A DNA stretch of 64,000 nucleotides, from the NCBI GenBank assembly GCA_038212275.1, contig JBBQUR010000007.1, forward strand, positions 160,440-224,439, in the 5' to 3' direction. Shown here piece by piece: positions 37,905 through 50,635 of the stretch. The stretch comes from Planctomycetota bacterium (GTDB lineage: Bacteria; Planctomycetota; B15-G4). Under the pieces are notes generated by a model that ran no database searches, was not told where the DNA came from, and saw only the letters and a program-made list of their open reading frames with translations. The position numbers and the translations under genes are program-made. How positions within the stretch are numbered: position 1 is the stretch's first letter; each line of letters opens with the position of its first letter.

Positions 37905-39395
37905 ATGCCCACTGTCCCCCGCGCCCTTTGCAACCCCCGCCCCGTCCAAGCCCGCCACGACTTCGGCCGACCGCCGACACGTCTCCCGGGGCCAGCCGCG
38001 CTGGCGCTCCTGGTACTGGCGCTGGCGCTGGCGCTGCCGACCCACGAAGCCCGGGCCCAGCAGACGCAGGAGGGCGACAAGGCGGCGCAGGACGCGGCGC
38101 AGCAGGCCGCCGCGCAGTACGAGGCCATGCGCCTCCAGATGGAGACGCTCACCCGCCAGGTCCTGGACCTGCAGCGCACGACCGCCGAGCTGCAGCAGGA
38201 GCTGAAGGAAGCGCGCTCCGCGGGAGCCGCGCCGTTCCCGGACCCCGACGAGTTCTACATCCCGCGCCTCGCCCGGGACTTCGAGGCCACGGGGCTGCCG
38301 GACAACTTCGGGAGCACCTACACGAAGCCGTACCTCACGAACCTCGGCAAGCGCACCTACCTCGGCGGCTACATCGACCTCGAGTTCAGCGACACCGCCG
38401 GCAGCAAGGACAAGTCCTTCGACCAGCCGCACTTCGTGCCGTTCATCTACGCCGACGTCTCGGAACGGGTGAAGGTGTCCACGGAGATCGAGTTCGACAA
38501 CGGCTCCGAAGTGGAAGTGGAGTTCGCGCAGATCGACTACCTCTTCAACGAGGCCGCCAACCTGCGCGCCGGCATCCAGCTGTTGCCGCTCGGCAAGTTC
38601 AACGAGGTGCATGACTCCCCCATCCAGGAGCTGACCGCGAGGCCGCTCGTGGACCGCTACATCATTCCCACCACGCTGAGCGACGTGGGCATCGGGCTCT
38701 ACGGCAATCTGAGCGAGGAGACGAGCTACCAGTTCGCGGTCACCAACGGCTTCAAGGGCCTGCTCAACAACGGCAGCAATGCGATCACCACCTCCGAGGG
38801 CCTGAAGAACGCGGCGCCGCAGGCCGACGAACTGGCCGAGCCCTACGAGAACATCAACAACAAGTTCGCGTACACGCAGCGCGTGGCGTGGCAGCCGGAG
38901 CTCGGCATGGAGTTCGGCGCCTCGGCGCTGTTCGACACCTACGACGAGGCAGGCAAGAACTCGCTCAGCATCTACGCGCTCGACGCCACCGTGGACGGCA
39001 AGGCGGTGGACTACCTGCCCGACGCGATGCAGCTGCTCGGCGAAGCCGCATGGGCGGACGTCGAGCGCGACGCCTTCGCGCACGACAGCGGCGTGGCGGG
39101 CGACATGAGCGGCTGGTATGCGCAGGCCAACTGGCGCGTGGACCCCGAATGGCTGACCCGCTGGAAGCAGGACGGCACGCTCGAGCAGGATGCGCACTTC
39201 ACCTTCGTGACGCGCTACGACGCCGTGATGCTGGATACCTACAACATCAACCGGACCACGTTCGGCGTGAACTTCCGCCCGAACGAACACGACACCGTCT
39301 TCAAGCTCGACTACCAGTTCAACAGCGACAGCGGCTCCGACGCCGGTCTCAACGATTCCAACGCCCTGCTCTTCTCGGTGGCGACCTACTTCTGA
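37905..39395 (+). CDS. Outer-membrane beta-barrel (porin-like) protein with N-terminal coiled coil
   Basis: Signal peptide ending ARA-Q; coiled coil; alternating amphipathic strands (LGGYIDLEF, TEIEFD, EVEFAQIDY, VFKLDYQ); terminal VATYF BAM-type signal. Start uncertain. Confidence 0.8.
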   Translation: MPTVPRALCNPRPVQARHDFGRPPTRLPGPAALALLVLALALALPTHEARAQQTQEGDKAAQDAAQQAAAQYEAMRLQMETLTRQVLDLQRTTAELQQELKEARSAGAAPFPDPDEFYIPRLARDFEATGLPDNFGSTYTKPYLTNLGKRTYLGGYIDLEFSDTAGSKDKSFDQPHFVPFIYADVSERVKVSTEIEFDNGSEVEVEFAQIDYLFNEAANLRAGIQLLPLGKFNEVHDSPIQELTARPLVDRYIIPTTLSDVGIGLYGNLSEETSYQFAVTNGFKGLLNNGSNAITTSEGLKNAAPQADELAEPYENINNKFAYTQRVAWQPELGMEFGASALFDTYDEAGKNSLSIYALDATVDGKAVDYLPDAMQLLGEAAWADVERDAFAHDSGVAGDMSGWYAQANWRVDPEWLTRWKQDGTLEQDAHFTFVTRYDAVMLDTYNINRTTFGVNFRPNEHDTVFKLDYQFNSDSGSDAGLNDSNALLFSVATYF

Positions 39396-41224
39396 ACGCG
39401 CGCGCACTCTCGCTGCTGTTTCCCGCGCTGATGGCGCTGGCGCTGCTGGCCGAGGCGCCACGCGCCCAGGACGACAGCGCGACCGTCTACCTGGACAAGC
39501 GCGCGGCGCTCGAGGCCGTGTTCCCGCACGCCGCGCGCGTCGTCGAGCTGCGGCACCTGCTGTCGGCCGGCGAGGCCGCCGCGATCGAGGCGCTCACCGG
39601 CAGGAGACTCGACGAGGGCGGCTTCTTTCTCTACGCCGCGTTCGGTGCGCCGGGAGCCGGCGCGGAGCCGCTCGTCGGCGAGGAGCCCACGGCCTGCGCG
39701 GTCATCGTCGCCGAGGTCGGCAAGGTGCGGCCCATCACGCACATCGTCTCGGTGAAGCCCGACGGTACGGTGGGCCGCGTCGCGGTGATGATCTACCGCG
39801 AGAGTCACGGCGCCGATGTCGCCTCCGAGCGCTTCATGGCGCAGTACGCGGGCAAGTCGCTCGCCGATCCGCTGCGCATCGACCGCGACATCATCAACAT
39901 CGCGGGCTCCACGCTGTCAGGTCACGCGATCTGCCGCGGCGTGCGCAAGGCGCTGGCCGTGGTGCAGGTCGTGCTGCGAGACGTCACGCCGGCCGAGCGC
40001 GCGGCGCTGCTCGCGGGCGGCGTCGACGTGACGCCGGAGCCGGGCGCGTCCGACCGCCCCGAGGACACGACGCGCGTGGAGCGCCTCGCGCCAGGCCGGC
40101 TGCGTGCCGAGCGCGTCATCATGGGCAGCGCCTGCAGCATCGAGGCCTACGCCTTCGGCGTCACACCTCCCCGGGACGCCGCGAGTGCCACGGAAACGAC
40201 CGGCGCGACGAGCGCCGCGGGCACATCGGACACATCGAGCGCGACGAGCGCGACGCCCTCCGTGAGCAGCGCGCTCGCGACCGATGCAGCCGCCGAGCCG
40301 ACGCTCGAAGCCGCGCTGCGCGCTGCGCTCGACGAGATCGCTCGCTGGGACGCCGTGCTTTCCGACTGGCGGCCGGACACGCCGCTCTCGCGTCTCAACG
40401 CAGCACCCGTCGGCGAGGCGCAGCCGCTCGACCCCGACCTCGAGGCGTGGCTCGCGGACAGCGCGCACTGGCACGAGCTCACCGGCGGCGCCTTCGATCC
40501 CTCGGTGGGCGCGCTCGTCGCCGCGTGGGGCCTGCGCACGCAGGCTCCCTCACGGCCCACGCCCGACCGGCTCGCGCATGCGCTCGCAAACAGCGGCTGG
40601 ACGCATCTGCACCTGGATGAAGCGGCCGGCACCGCACGCCGCGACACGGACGACCTGACCCTGGACCCCGGCGGCTCGGGCAAGGGCTGGGCGCTCGATC
40701 GCGCGGCGGAGGTGCTGCGCGCGCGCGGCGTGCGCAGCGCGCTGCTCTCCTTCCGCAGCACGCTCCTCGCGCTCGACGCGCCGCCGGGCGAGCCTGGTTG
40801 GAGCGTGCCGGTCGTCCACGACGGCAGCGGCCGTACGGAGGAACTCGTGTCGCTGGTGCAGGGAGCCCTCTCGGTGAGTGGCGGCGGCTTCTCGGTGTTC
40901 GACGACGTGCCGACTGCCGGCGCGGAGGGCAGCGCTTCCGGTGACGCCGACGTTCCTGTACGCCGCGGACACGTGATCGATCCGGAAAGCGGCGTGCCGG
41001 TCGAAGCCGGCCGACTCGCATGGGTGCAATGCGAACACGCGGCCGGCGCCGACGCACTTTCGACGGCGCTGCTCGTGAGCGGCCCCGCGCTGCCCGCCGT
41101 GCCAGGAGCCCGCGGCGCATTCGTCGCGCACGCCGACGCGGCGGTCGAGGCGTGGCCCGCGCCAGCGCCAGCGCCAGCGCCAGCGGGAGCGCCAGCGGGA
41201 GCGGACAAGGATCGCCGCCCGTAG
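39392..41224 (+). CDS. Exported FMN-binding domain fused to ApbE FAD:protein FMN transferase
   Basis: FMN_bind: EVGKVRPIT...IYRESHG...DIINIAGSTLS. Ser/Thr/Ala linker. ApbE: IMGS, LSDWRPDTPLSRLN, TGGAFDPSVG, DPGGSGKGWALD, SVSG, HVIDPESG, ADALSTA. Start is CTG 39392 (CTGA overlap) or ATG 39431. Confidence 0.88.
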   Translation: MNARALSLLFPALMALALLAEAPRAQDDSATVYLDKRAALEAVFPHAARVVELRHLLSAGEAAAIEALTGRRLDEGGFFLYAAFGAPGAGAEPLVGEEPTACAVIVAEVGKVRPITHIVSVKPDGTVGRVAVMIYRESHGADVASERFMAQYAGKSLADPLRIDRDIINIAGSTLSGHAICRGVRKALAVVQVVLRDVTPAERAALLAGGVDVTPEPGASDRPEDTTRVERLAPGRLRAERVIMGSACSIEAYAFGVTPPRDAASATETTGATSAAGTSDTSSATSATPSVSSALATDAAAEPTLEAALRAALDEIARWDAVLSDWRPDTPLSRLNAAPVGEAQPLDPDLEAWLADSAHWHELTGGAFDPSVGALVAAWGLRTQAPSRPTPDRLAHALANSGWTHLHLDEAAGTARRDTDDLTLDPGGSGKGWALDRAAEVLRARGVRSALLSFRSTLLALDAPPGEPGWSVPVVHDGSGRTEELVSLVQGALSVSGGGFSVFDDVPTAGAEGSASGDADVPVRRGHVIDPESGVPVEAGRLAWVQCEHAAGADALSTALLVSGPALPAVPGARGAFVAHADAAVEAWPAPAPAPAPAGAPAGADKDRRP

Positions 41225-41269
41225 TCGGCAGCGACACCGGAAAGCCCGCTGCGGCATGATGTCCAGCTG

Positions 41270-41869
41270 ATGCATTACCTCACGCGACAACGCCTGCACC
41301 TCTCGCGCTTCCATCCGCTGATGAAGGTGCTGCTCTCGCTCTACATCCTGAGCGTGGCCGGCGGCGTCTGGGTGGCCACGCTCAAGTACACGGACCGCGC
41401 GAGCTGGTCGTCGGAGGGCGCCAGCCTCTACATCGCGGGCAGCGCTCCCGGCAGCGGCGCGGGAAGCCCGGAGGCCGACCCGTTCCGCGACCCGCTGGGT
41501 GGCACGGCGGAAGGCATCGCCAGCGTCGAAGGCCTCTCGCGGCGGCAGCTCATCGACATCGTGCATCCGCACCTCTTCACCGTGCCCATCGTGCTCTTCA
41601 TCCTCGGGCACCTGCTGCACCTCACGCGCCTGCCCGACAAGCTGAAGCTCGCGATCAACGCCGGCGCCTTCCTCTCGTTCTTCGCCACCTTCCTGCTGCC
41701 CTTCGCGATCCGTTCACAGGCCACGCTCGCCCCGCTGATGATCGCGTCGGGCAGCGTGATGCTGCTGAGCTTCGCGCTGCTGTGCATCATCCCGCTCTGG
41801 GAGACGTGGCTCGGCAAGCCGGGCGCGCACGACTTCGACGCGCTGCCGCGGCGGGAGCCGAAGGCCTGA
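41270..41869 (+). CDS. Four-TM membrane protein with intramembrane His residues (candidate heme-b/metal-binding)
   Basis: TM1, an acidic/Gly loop, then VHPHLFTVPIVLFILGHLLHL and two further TM helices. Confidence 0.7.
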   Translation: MHYLTRQRLHLSRFHPLMKVLLSLYILSVAGGVWVATLKYTDRASWSSEGASLYIAGSAPGSGAGSPEADPFRDPLGGTAEGIASVEGLSRRQLIDIVHPHLFTVPIVLFILGHLLHLTRLPDKLKLAINAGAFLSFFATFLLPFAIRSQATLAPLMIASGSVMLLSFALLCIIPLWETWLGKPGAHDFDALPRREPKA

Positions 41870-41948
41870 CCCTCCCGCGATGCGCAGAGGCGTTCGCGCA
41901 CGACGTGCTTCGCTCCTCCGGATCACGCACGGCGACCGCCGCGTCGCT

Positions 41949-42329
41949 TCAGCCCAGCCCGATGCGGTCCAGCCCGTCCTCGTCGAAGCCCAGGCAGTGG
42001 CCCAGCTCGTGGAACAGCGTGATGCGGATCTGCTCGCGCAGTTCCTGGCGCGTGTCGCAGGAGTCCTCGAGCGGGCCCTGGAAAATGTAGATCACCGCCG
42101 TCTCGGGCGGCGCGTCGGTGCTGTTCCACTGCGCCATCGGCGGGCCGACGAAGAGGCCCATGAGGTCGTCTGCCTCGCCGTCGTCGCCCACGGTGTCCAG
42201 CAGCTCGTCGCTCGGCCACGGGTCCACCACCACCGGCACGAAGTCGAGCACCTCGCGGAACACGTCCGGCAGCGACGCGATCGCCGCCTGCAGCTCCTTG
42301 TCGAACTCGCGCTCCGACATCCGCACCAT
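41949..42329 (-). CDS. Minimal zincin-like metallopeptidase family protein
   Basis: DLMGLFVG, IYIFQGPL, ITLFHELGHCLG (HExxH). Confidence 0.85.
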   Translation of the reverse strand: MVRMSEREFDKELQAAIASLPDVFREVLDFVPVVVDPWPSDELLDTVGDDGEADDLMGLFVGPPMAQWNSTDAPPETAVIYIFQGPLEDSCDTRQELREQIRITLFHELGHCLGFDEDGLDRIGLG

Positions 42330-42378
42330 GCGCCGGAGGATAGCGAACAAGGCCACCGCGCGGCGTAGCCTGTGCAAC

Positions 42379-43727
42379 ATGATGACCGGCGAAGAGCCCC
42401 ACGCACTCCCGCCCTCCGCAAGTCCGGACCCGCCACGCGCCGACCGCCTGCCGCGCGCCGTGCGCGTGCTGGGCTGGGTGTCCTTCTTCGCGGACATCTC
42501 GTCGGAGATGGCGTATCCGCTGCTGCCGCTTTTCGTGGTTGGCGCGCTGCACGCGCCCGCCACGACGCTCGGGCTCATCGAAGGACTCGCAGCCGTGCTC
42601 ATCGCGGTGCTCGCGTTCTGGTCCGGGCGCAGCAGCGATCGCACGCGGCGCCGCCTGCCTGCCGTGCGCTGGGGCTACGGCCTGCCCGTCGTCGGCAAGG
42701 CGCTCATCGCACTGGCGACAGGCTGGCCCGTCGTGCTCGCGGGCCGGCTGGTGGATCGCGTCGGCAAGGGCCTGCGCGGCAGCCCGCGCGACGCACTCAT
42801 CGCCGACGCGACGCCCGCCGCCATGCGCGGCCGCGCCTTCGGCTTTCACCGCGCGATGGACACGGCAGGCGCCTGCGTCGGCGGTCTGCTCTCCGCGGGG
42901 CTGCTGATGCTGCTCACCGACGACGGCACCGCGCCGGCCTCCGTGCTGCGCCTGATCTTTGGTGTGGCCGCCACGCTCGGCATCGCGGCCTTCGCGCTGA
43001 CGTGGCTGCTGCGCGAGGCGCCGCCTGTCGGCGCCATGACTCCGGCGCACGGCCCGACGGCCGTCGCCGCAGCAGCGCGACCGGCAGCGGCGGCTGGCTC
43101 AGTCGTTGCTGCGTGGCCGGCGGACAGCGCGGTGAGCCGACGTGCGTTCGCGGTCACGCTTGCGGTGCTGGCCGTGTTCGCGGTGGCCAACAGCAGCGAC
43201 GCCTTCCTGCTGCTGCGCGCGTCGGGGCTTGGCCTCTCGCCGCAGGCCGTGGTGCTCGCGTGGACCGGCGCGAATCTCGTCTACGCTCTCCTCGCCTATC
43301 CGGTCGGCAGGCTCAGCGACCGCGTCGGCCGCTGGTTGCCGCTCTCGCTCGGCTGGGCGTTGTACGCCGCGGTCTACGTCGCCTTCGCCTTCGCGGACGA
43401 CGCGGGCAGCGAGTCGTCGCTCGCCGCGTGGTGCCTGCTCGCGGTCTACGGCGCGCACCTCGCGCTCGTGGACGGCGTCAGCAAGGCGCTGCTCACGGAC
43501 ATCGCCGCACCCGCGCGGCGCGGCGCGCTGCTCGGCATGGCCGCGATGGTGACAGGCCTCGCGTCGCTGGTCGGCAGCGTCGCCGCCGGCTGGTTGTGGG
43601 ACGCCTCGGGCCCGCGCGCCGCGCTGCTCCTCGGAGCCGGCGCAGCCGTGCTCGCACTCCTGCTGCTGCCGCTCGCGCGGCGCGCGGCTGCCGCCGCGCG
43701 CAGGGAGATGTCGACGTCCACGCGCGG

Positions 43728-43731
<4 letters not shown>
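42379..43731 (+). CDS. MFS transporter
   Basis: SFFADISSEM, GRSSDR, DRVGKGLRGSPRDALI, GRAFGFHRAMD, GRLSDRVGR; 12 TM helices. Confidence 0.9.
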
Positions 43732-46840
<3,109 letters not shown>

Positions 46841-46884
46841 CGGGTCTTCCTGTGCGGGGTGCGGACAAGCTTGCGAGGAAATAT

Positions 46885-46926
46885 TGCATCATAGTGCATT
46901 GACAAGCGCAAGCGGCGCAGTATGTT
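46885..46926. promoter_or_regulatory. BoxR/BzdR-type operator TGCA-N6-TGCA next to a sigma70 promoter for boxR
   Basis: TGCAtcatagTGCA at 46885-46898; TTGACA at 46899-46904; TATGTT at 46921-46926 (16-nt spacer). A minus-strand TATGAT lies inside the operator. Confidence 0.75.
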
Positions 46927-46932
46927 GCCCGA

Positions 46933-47676
46933 ATGCGACCAGAACACATCCTCGACGAAATCGGTCGGCGGCTCTGCAAGGCACGCGAGGAGAGCGGTCT
47001 CGCGCTCGGCGAGCTGGCCAGGCGCGCCGGCCTCTCGCGCCGCTACCTCTCCATGGCGGAGGCCGGCCAGGCCAATCTCTCCCTGCTCAAGCTTGCGGGG
47101 CTCTCCGTCGCCCTCAAGATCCCGCTGCGCGACCTCTGCGACATCGACCTCGGACGCGCGCCCGAGTTGCGCGTGTCGCTGCTCGGCCTGCGCGGCGCGG
47201 GCAAGACCACCGTGGGCAAGGTGCTCGCGCATGTGCTCGAGGTCCCCTTCTTCGAACTCGACCAGCTCGTCGAGGACCGCGCGGGCCTGCGCCTCTCGGC
47301 GATCTTCGAAATCCACGGCGAGCGCTTCTATCGCGAGCAGCAGCGCGGCGCGCTCGAGGACTGGCTCGCGGCGCACGGCAGCGGCGTGCTCGCCACCGGC
47401 GGCTCCATCGTCAACGACGACGACACCTTCCAGCGCCTGCGCACCACCTGCCGCACCGTGTGGCTGAAGGCAGCGCCCGATGAACACTTCCAGCGCGTCG
47501 TCGATCAGGGTGACCTGCGCCCCATGCGCGGCAATCCCAAGGCGATGAACGAACTGAAGGCGATCCTCGCCGCACGCGAGCCGAAGTACGGACTCGCGGA
47601 CCACGCCGTGCTCACCACCGGCAAGTCGCCGCAGCAGATCGCCGACGAGATCGCCGCCTGGGTCAACTCCGGCTGA
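46933..47676 (+). CDS. boxR: Benzoyl-CoA-sensing transcriptional regulator (XRE HTH + shikimate-kinase-like domain)
   Basis: LARRAGLSRRYLSMAEAGQANLS HTH; LLGLRGAGKTTVG, LATGGSIV, RVVDQGDLRPM; divergent from boxCB. Confidence 0.9.
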   Translation: MRPEHILDEIGRRLCKAREESGLALGELARRAGLSRRYLSMAEAGQANLSLLKLAGLSVALKIPLRDLCDIDLGRAPELRVSLLGLRGAGKTTVGKVLAHVLEVPFFELDQLVEDRAGLRLSAIFEIHGERFYREQQRGALEDWLAAHGSGVLATGGSIVNDDDTFQRLRTTCRTVWLKAAPDEHFQRVVDQGDLRPMRGNPKAMNELKAILAAREPKYGLADHAVLTTGKSPQQIADEIAAWVNSG

Positions 47677-47745
47677 GCGCGCGGGCGCGCTCCACCGGCG
47701 CGCTCCACCGGCGCCGTGGCCGGCGCCGTGGCCGGCGTCACGACC

Positions 47746-48270
47746 TCACCAGCGGAGCAGTTGGCGCCGGTGCCGCCACAGGTGCATGACGGCATGCTCG
47801 AGCAGCATGTCGGGGTCGTAGGTCGGGCCCCAGCGCACCTGGAAGGTGATGCGTCCGATCGTCTCCTCGTCCGCTCCGTGCAGTCCGTCCAGTGCGCCTT
47901 CCGTGTATTGCAACGCATCGCGCAGCAGCGGGCGCACGTCGTGCGGTGCGGCCGGCACACCCGGCGGCAGCACAAAGGCCTCGATGAAAGGCAGGCCGCG
48001 CGCCTTGCGGATGTAGTCGGCGTAGCGTCGCGCGGCGGCACAGACATGCGCGCAGACGGCGCGCGGCGAACGCGTGTTCGCGTCGGGGCCTTCGCGCTCG
48101 ACGGCCCATGAGGGCGCGTCCAGCAGCTCCACCACGTCGCAGAAGGCCTCCGCGGCGCGCGCATATTCGTCCATGAGCGCACCCATCGCGCCGGGCACGC
48201 CGGGTGCAAGCAACCAGCGGGCGGCCACGGCGTCATCGCTCGTGCTTCGGTCGCGAGTCGGAGAGGTCAT
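47746..48270 (-). CDS. DinB-family protein
   Basis: SPRAVCAHV and LLEHAVMHLWRHRRQ His motifs of the DinB four-helix fold. Confidence 0.8.
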   Translation of the reverse strand: MTSPTRDRSTSDDAVAARWLLAPGVPGAMGALMDEYARAAEAFCDVVELLDAPSWAVEREGPDANTRSPRAVCAHVCAAARRYADYIRKARGLPFIEAFVLPPGVPAAPHDVRPLLRDALQYTEGALDGLHGADEETIGRITFQVRWGPTYDPDMLLEHAVMHLWRHRRQLLRW

Positions 48271-48300
48271 CGGGAAACTCCTTCGAGAGGCGCGCTGGTC

Positions 48301-49191
48301 TCAACCGAGGACGACGAGTTGTGCGTCCTGCCTGCCGGTCGCCACCCGCGTCGCCCGCCGCGCGAGTTCGGCCAGCGCGCGCGCGCCGAGGTCGCCGAGG
48401 TCGGCCGTGTGCGCGTTCACATAGAGCTCCACGTGCTGTTGCAGCACCGCGTCGTCCAGTTCCTGCGCGTGGCGGCGCATCGTGAGCAGCGCTTCGGCGG
48501 GATGCGAACGCGCATGGGCCAGCGAGTCGCGCAGCGCCGCGCAAAGGCGTGCGTGGACATCGGCGCCGAAGGCGTCAGCCAGGTCGCGCCGCGCCAGCAA
48601 CCCGCCCAGCGGCACCGGCCCGCCGGTGAGTGCCTCCCAGCTCGCGCCGAGATCCTCGAGCAGCGACAAGCCGCAGGCCTCGTAGGTGAAGCGCCCCTCA
48701 TGGATGGCCACACCCGCGTCGGCCTCGCCACGCGCCAGAGCCGGCATGATCGCGTCGAAGCGCACCTGCCTCACGATGGCGGAGGCCGACACGGAAGGCA
48801 GGCCCGACGGCGCGGGTCGTTCGAAGAACTCCGGGTGCAGGCAGCGCAGCAGCAGCGTGGCCGTCGTGCCATCGCCGGGACAGAGCACGCTGCGCGGCGG
48901 ACCGTGCAGCCCGGGCCGCGCGAGCAGCACCGGCCCGACGCCGAAGCCGAGTGCCGAGCCGACGCGCAGCACGCCGAAACGCCCCGCAAGCGAGAGCGCC
49001 GTCGCGAAACTGGCCTTGCCGACCTCCAGCGAGCCGGCCGCCAGCGCCTCGTTCAGATCCTGCACGTCGGCCAGCTCGAAGCGCAGCGACAGGCCACGCA
49101 TGTCGACGGCGCCGGTGAGCAGCCCGTGGAAGAGGAAGGTGTCGTTCGGGCAGGTCGAAAGCCCGACGCGCAGCGGAGGCGGCGCGCTCAT
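48301..49191 (-). CDS. mqnD: 1,4-dihydroxy-6-naphthoate synthase (futalosine menaquinone pathway)
   Basis: GLSTCPNDTFLF, GSALGFGVGP, IHEGRFTY, PVPLGG, HAQELD...HVELYVN. Confidence 0.92.
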   Translation of the reverse strand: MSAPPPLRVGLSTCPNDTFLFHGLLTGAVDMRGLSLRFELADVQDLNEALAAGSLEVGKASFATALSLAGRFGVLRVGSALGFGVGPVLLARPGLHGPPRSVLCPGDGTTATLLLRCLHPEFFERPAPSGLPSVSASAIVRQVRFDAIMPALARGEADAGVAIHEGRFTYEACGLSLLEDLGASWEALTGGPVPLGGLLARRDLADAFGADVHARLCAALRDSLAHARSHPAEALLTMRRHAQELDDAVLQQHVELYVNAHTADLGDLGARALAELARRATRVATGRQDAQLVVLG

Positions 49192-49916
49192 CGCGGCAAT
49201 CCCGGCGGGAACAACGGCGGCGACGCGAGCAGCGCCGGCAGCACGGCGAGCAGCGCGGCGCTCGCGCCGTCGAGGTCCCAGGCCGCCATGTCGCGCTGAC
49301 CGGCCACATTGCTGATCGCGCGGACGCAGGCCAGCGGCACGCCCGCGCGAGCGCACGCGACCGCGACGGCCCAGCTCTCCATGTCCTCCGCGAGCACCTC
49401 GGGGTGCCGCGCGCGCCACGCAGCTGCGTCGGCCGCGGAAGCGCTGGCCGCAGCCACGCTCCCAAGCACGCCTTGCACGGCGCCGTGTACAGCGCGATTC
49501 GCATGGCCGTTCGCAGTGGAGGGCGCGACGTCCGTCGCGGTGGAGCACACGACGGCGGCAGGGATCGGCAGTGCGGCCAGCGGCAGCAGATCCTGGTCGA
49601 TCAGTTCGCGCTGCAGGCGCATCTCGCCGAGCGACAGGAAGCTTGCACCGTGCCCCGCACCGATGGCCTCGTTGCGCACGGCGCTTCCCACGACCAGCGT
49701 GCCGACAGGCGCGAGGGCCGGGTCGCGCGTGCCGGCAACACCGACGAGCAGCACGTCGCGCACGTCTCCGCGAGCGAGCCGTTCAGCCGTGAGCAGCCCG
49801 GCGCGCAGCAAGCCGACGCCGCACGCAAGCAGCTCGGCGCCGGGCGGCAGGTCGCGCGCCCCGGGCATCAGCCGATCGACCTCGAGCGCCGACGGAATCA
49901 GCAGCAGGCGCGTCAT
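49188..49916 (-). CDS. mqnB: Futalosine hydrolase
   Basis: PNP/MTAN fold (CGVG, LLVGVAG, EDMES, RAISNVAGQRDMAAW); coupled to mqnD. Confidence 0.8.
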   Translation of the reverse strand: MTRLLLIPSALEVDRLMPGARDLPPGAELLACGVGLLRAGLLTAERLARGDVRDVLLVGVAGTRDPALAPVGTLVVGSAVRNEAIGAGHGASFLSLGEMRLQRELIDQDLLPLAALPIPAAVVCSTATDVAPSTANGHANRAVHGAVQGVLGSVAAASASAADAAAWRARHPEVLAEDMESWAVAVACARAGVPLACVRAISNVAGQRDMAAWDLDGASAALLAVLPALLASPPLFPPGLPR

Positions 49917-50635
49917 CGCGTGGAGGCCAGCAGGTCCTTCAGTCCGGGCGGCGGGAAGCGGCCGATGTTGCCTCGGTCCACGCGCACCACGAGACGGCGC
50001 TGCGACTGCGGCTCGCGCCCGCCGAGCACGAGCACCGTCGTGCGCCGGAATCCCGGCAGGCTCTCCGCGGCGTCCACCTGCCGGGCCACCACGGCGAGGA
50101 GTTCACCCACCGTCGGTTCCTGAAGCTGCAGGCCGACCACGAAGGGGCGTACGCCGTCGCAGCCGCGCACGAAGTCGGCGACGGTGGCCGAGGCCTGCTC
50201 CACGTCGACATCCCGGATCAGCACGCCCCACGCCCGGTGCAGGCTTTCGTCGGGATCGGAGTCGCCGGGCGTGGCGCCGGGGGAAGGCGCTTCGATCGCT
50301 GCCGGGCCGCCGGGGGCGCCCCCATCGGCGGCGGACGCGGACCGGCGCGGCTGGAGCAGTGCGCTGGCATGGCCGCGCGATCGGAGCGCGCGCACCTGGT
50401 CCGGGCCGAAGGGCGCCAGCGGCTCCTCATCGGCCGGCGCCCACTGGAGGAGCGCTCCGGGCCAGCGGCGGACCGCGGCCTCGGCCGCGGAGGCGTCCAG
50501 GCCCGGGACATCCAGGATCACGAGCCCCGGCACCGTGGTCCGCCCGACGTGCGCCTCCAGCTGCTGGATCGACAGCATGCCCGCCAGAAGGATGAGCGCC
50601 ATGAGGAGGAGGATGTGCCACAGACGGAACTGCAT
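49913..50635 (-). CDS. Hypothetical membrane-anchored protein
   Basis: N-terminal hydrophobic helix; ATGA overlap with mqnB. Confidence 0.55.
   Translation of the reverse strand: MQFRLWHILLLMALILLAGMLSIQQLEAHVGRTTVPGLVILDVPGLDASAAEAAVRRWPGALLQWAPADEEPLAPFGPDQVRALRSRGHASALLQPRRSASAADGGAPGGPAAIEAPSPGATPGDSDPDESLHRAWGVLIRDVDVEQASATVADFVRGCDGVRPFVVGLQLQEPTVGELLAVVARQVDAAESLPGFRRTTVLVLGGREPQSQRRLVVRVDRGNIGRFPPPGLKDLLASTR

Noticed and set aside
46933..47676. Shikimate kinase aroK
   Set aside because: The N-terminal XRE HTH and the position beside boxCB identify a BoxR/BzdR-type regulator.
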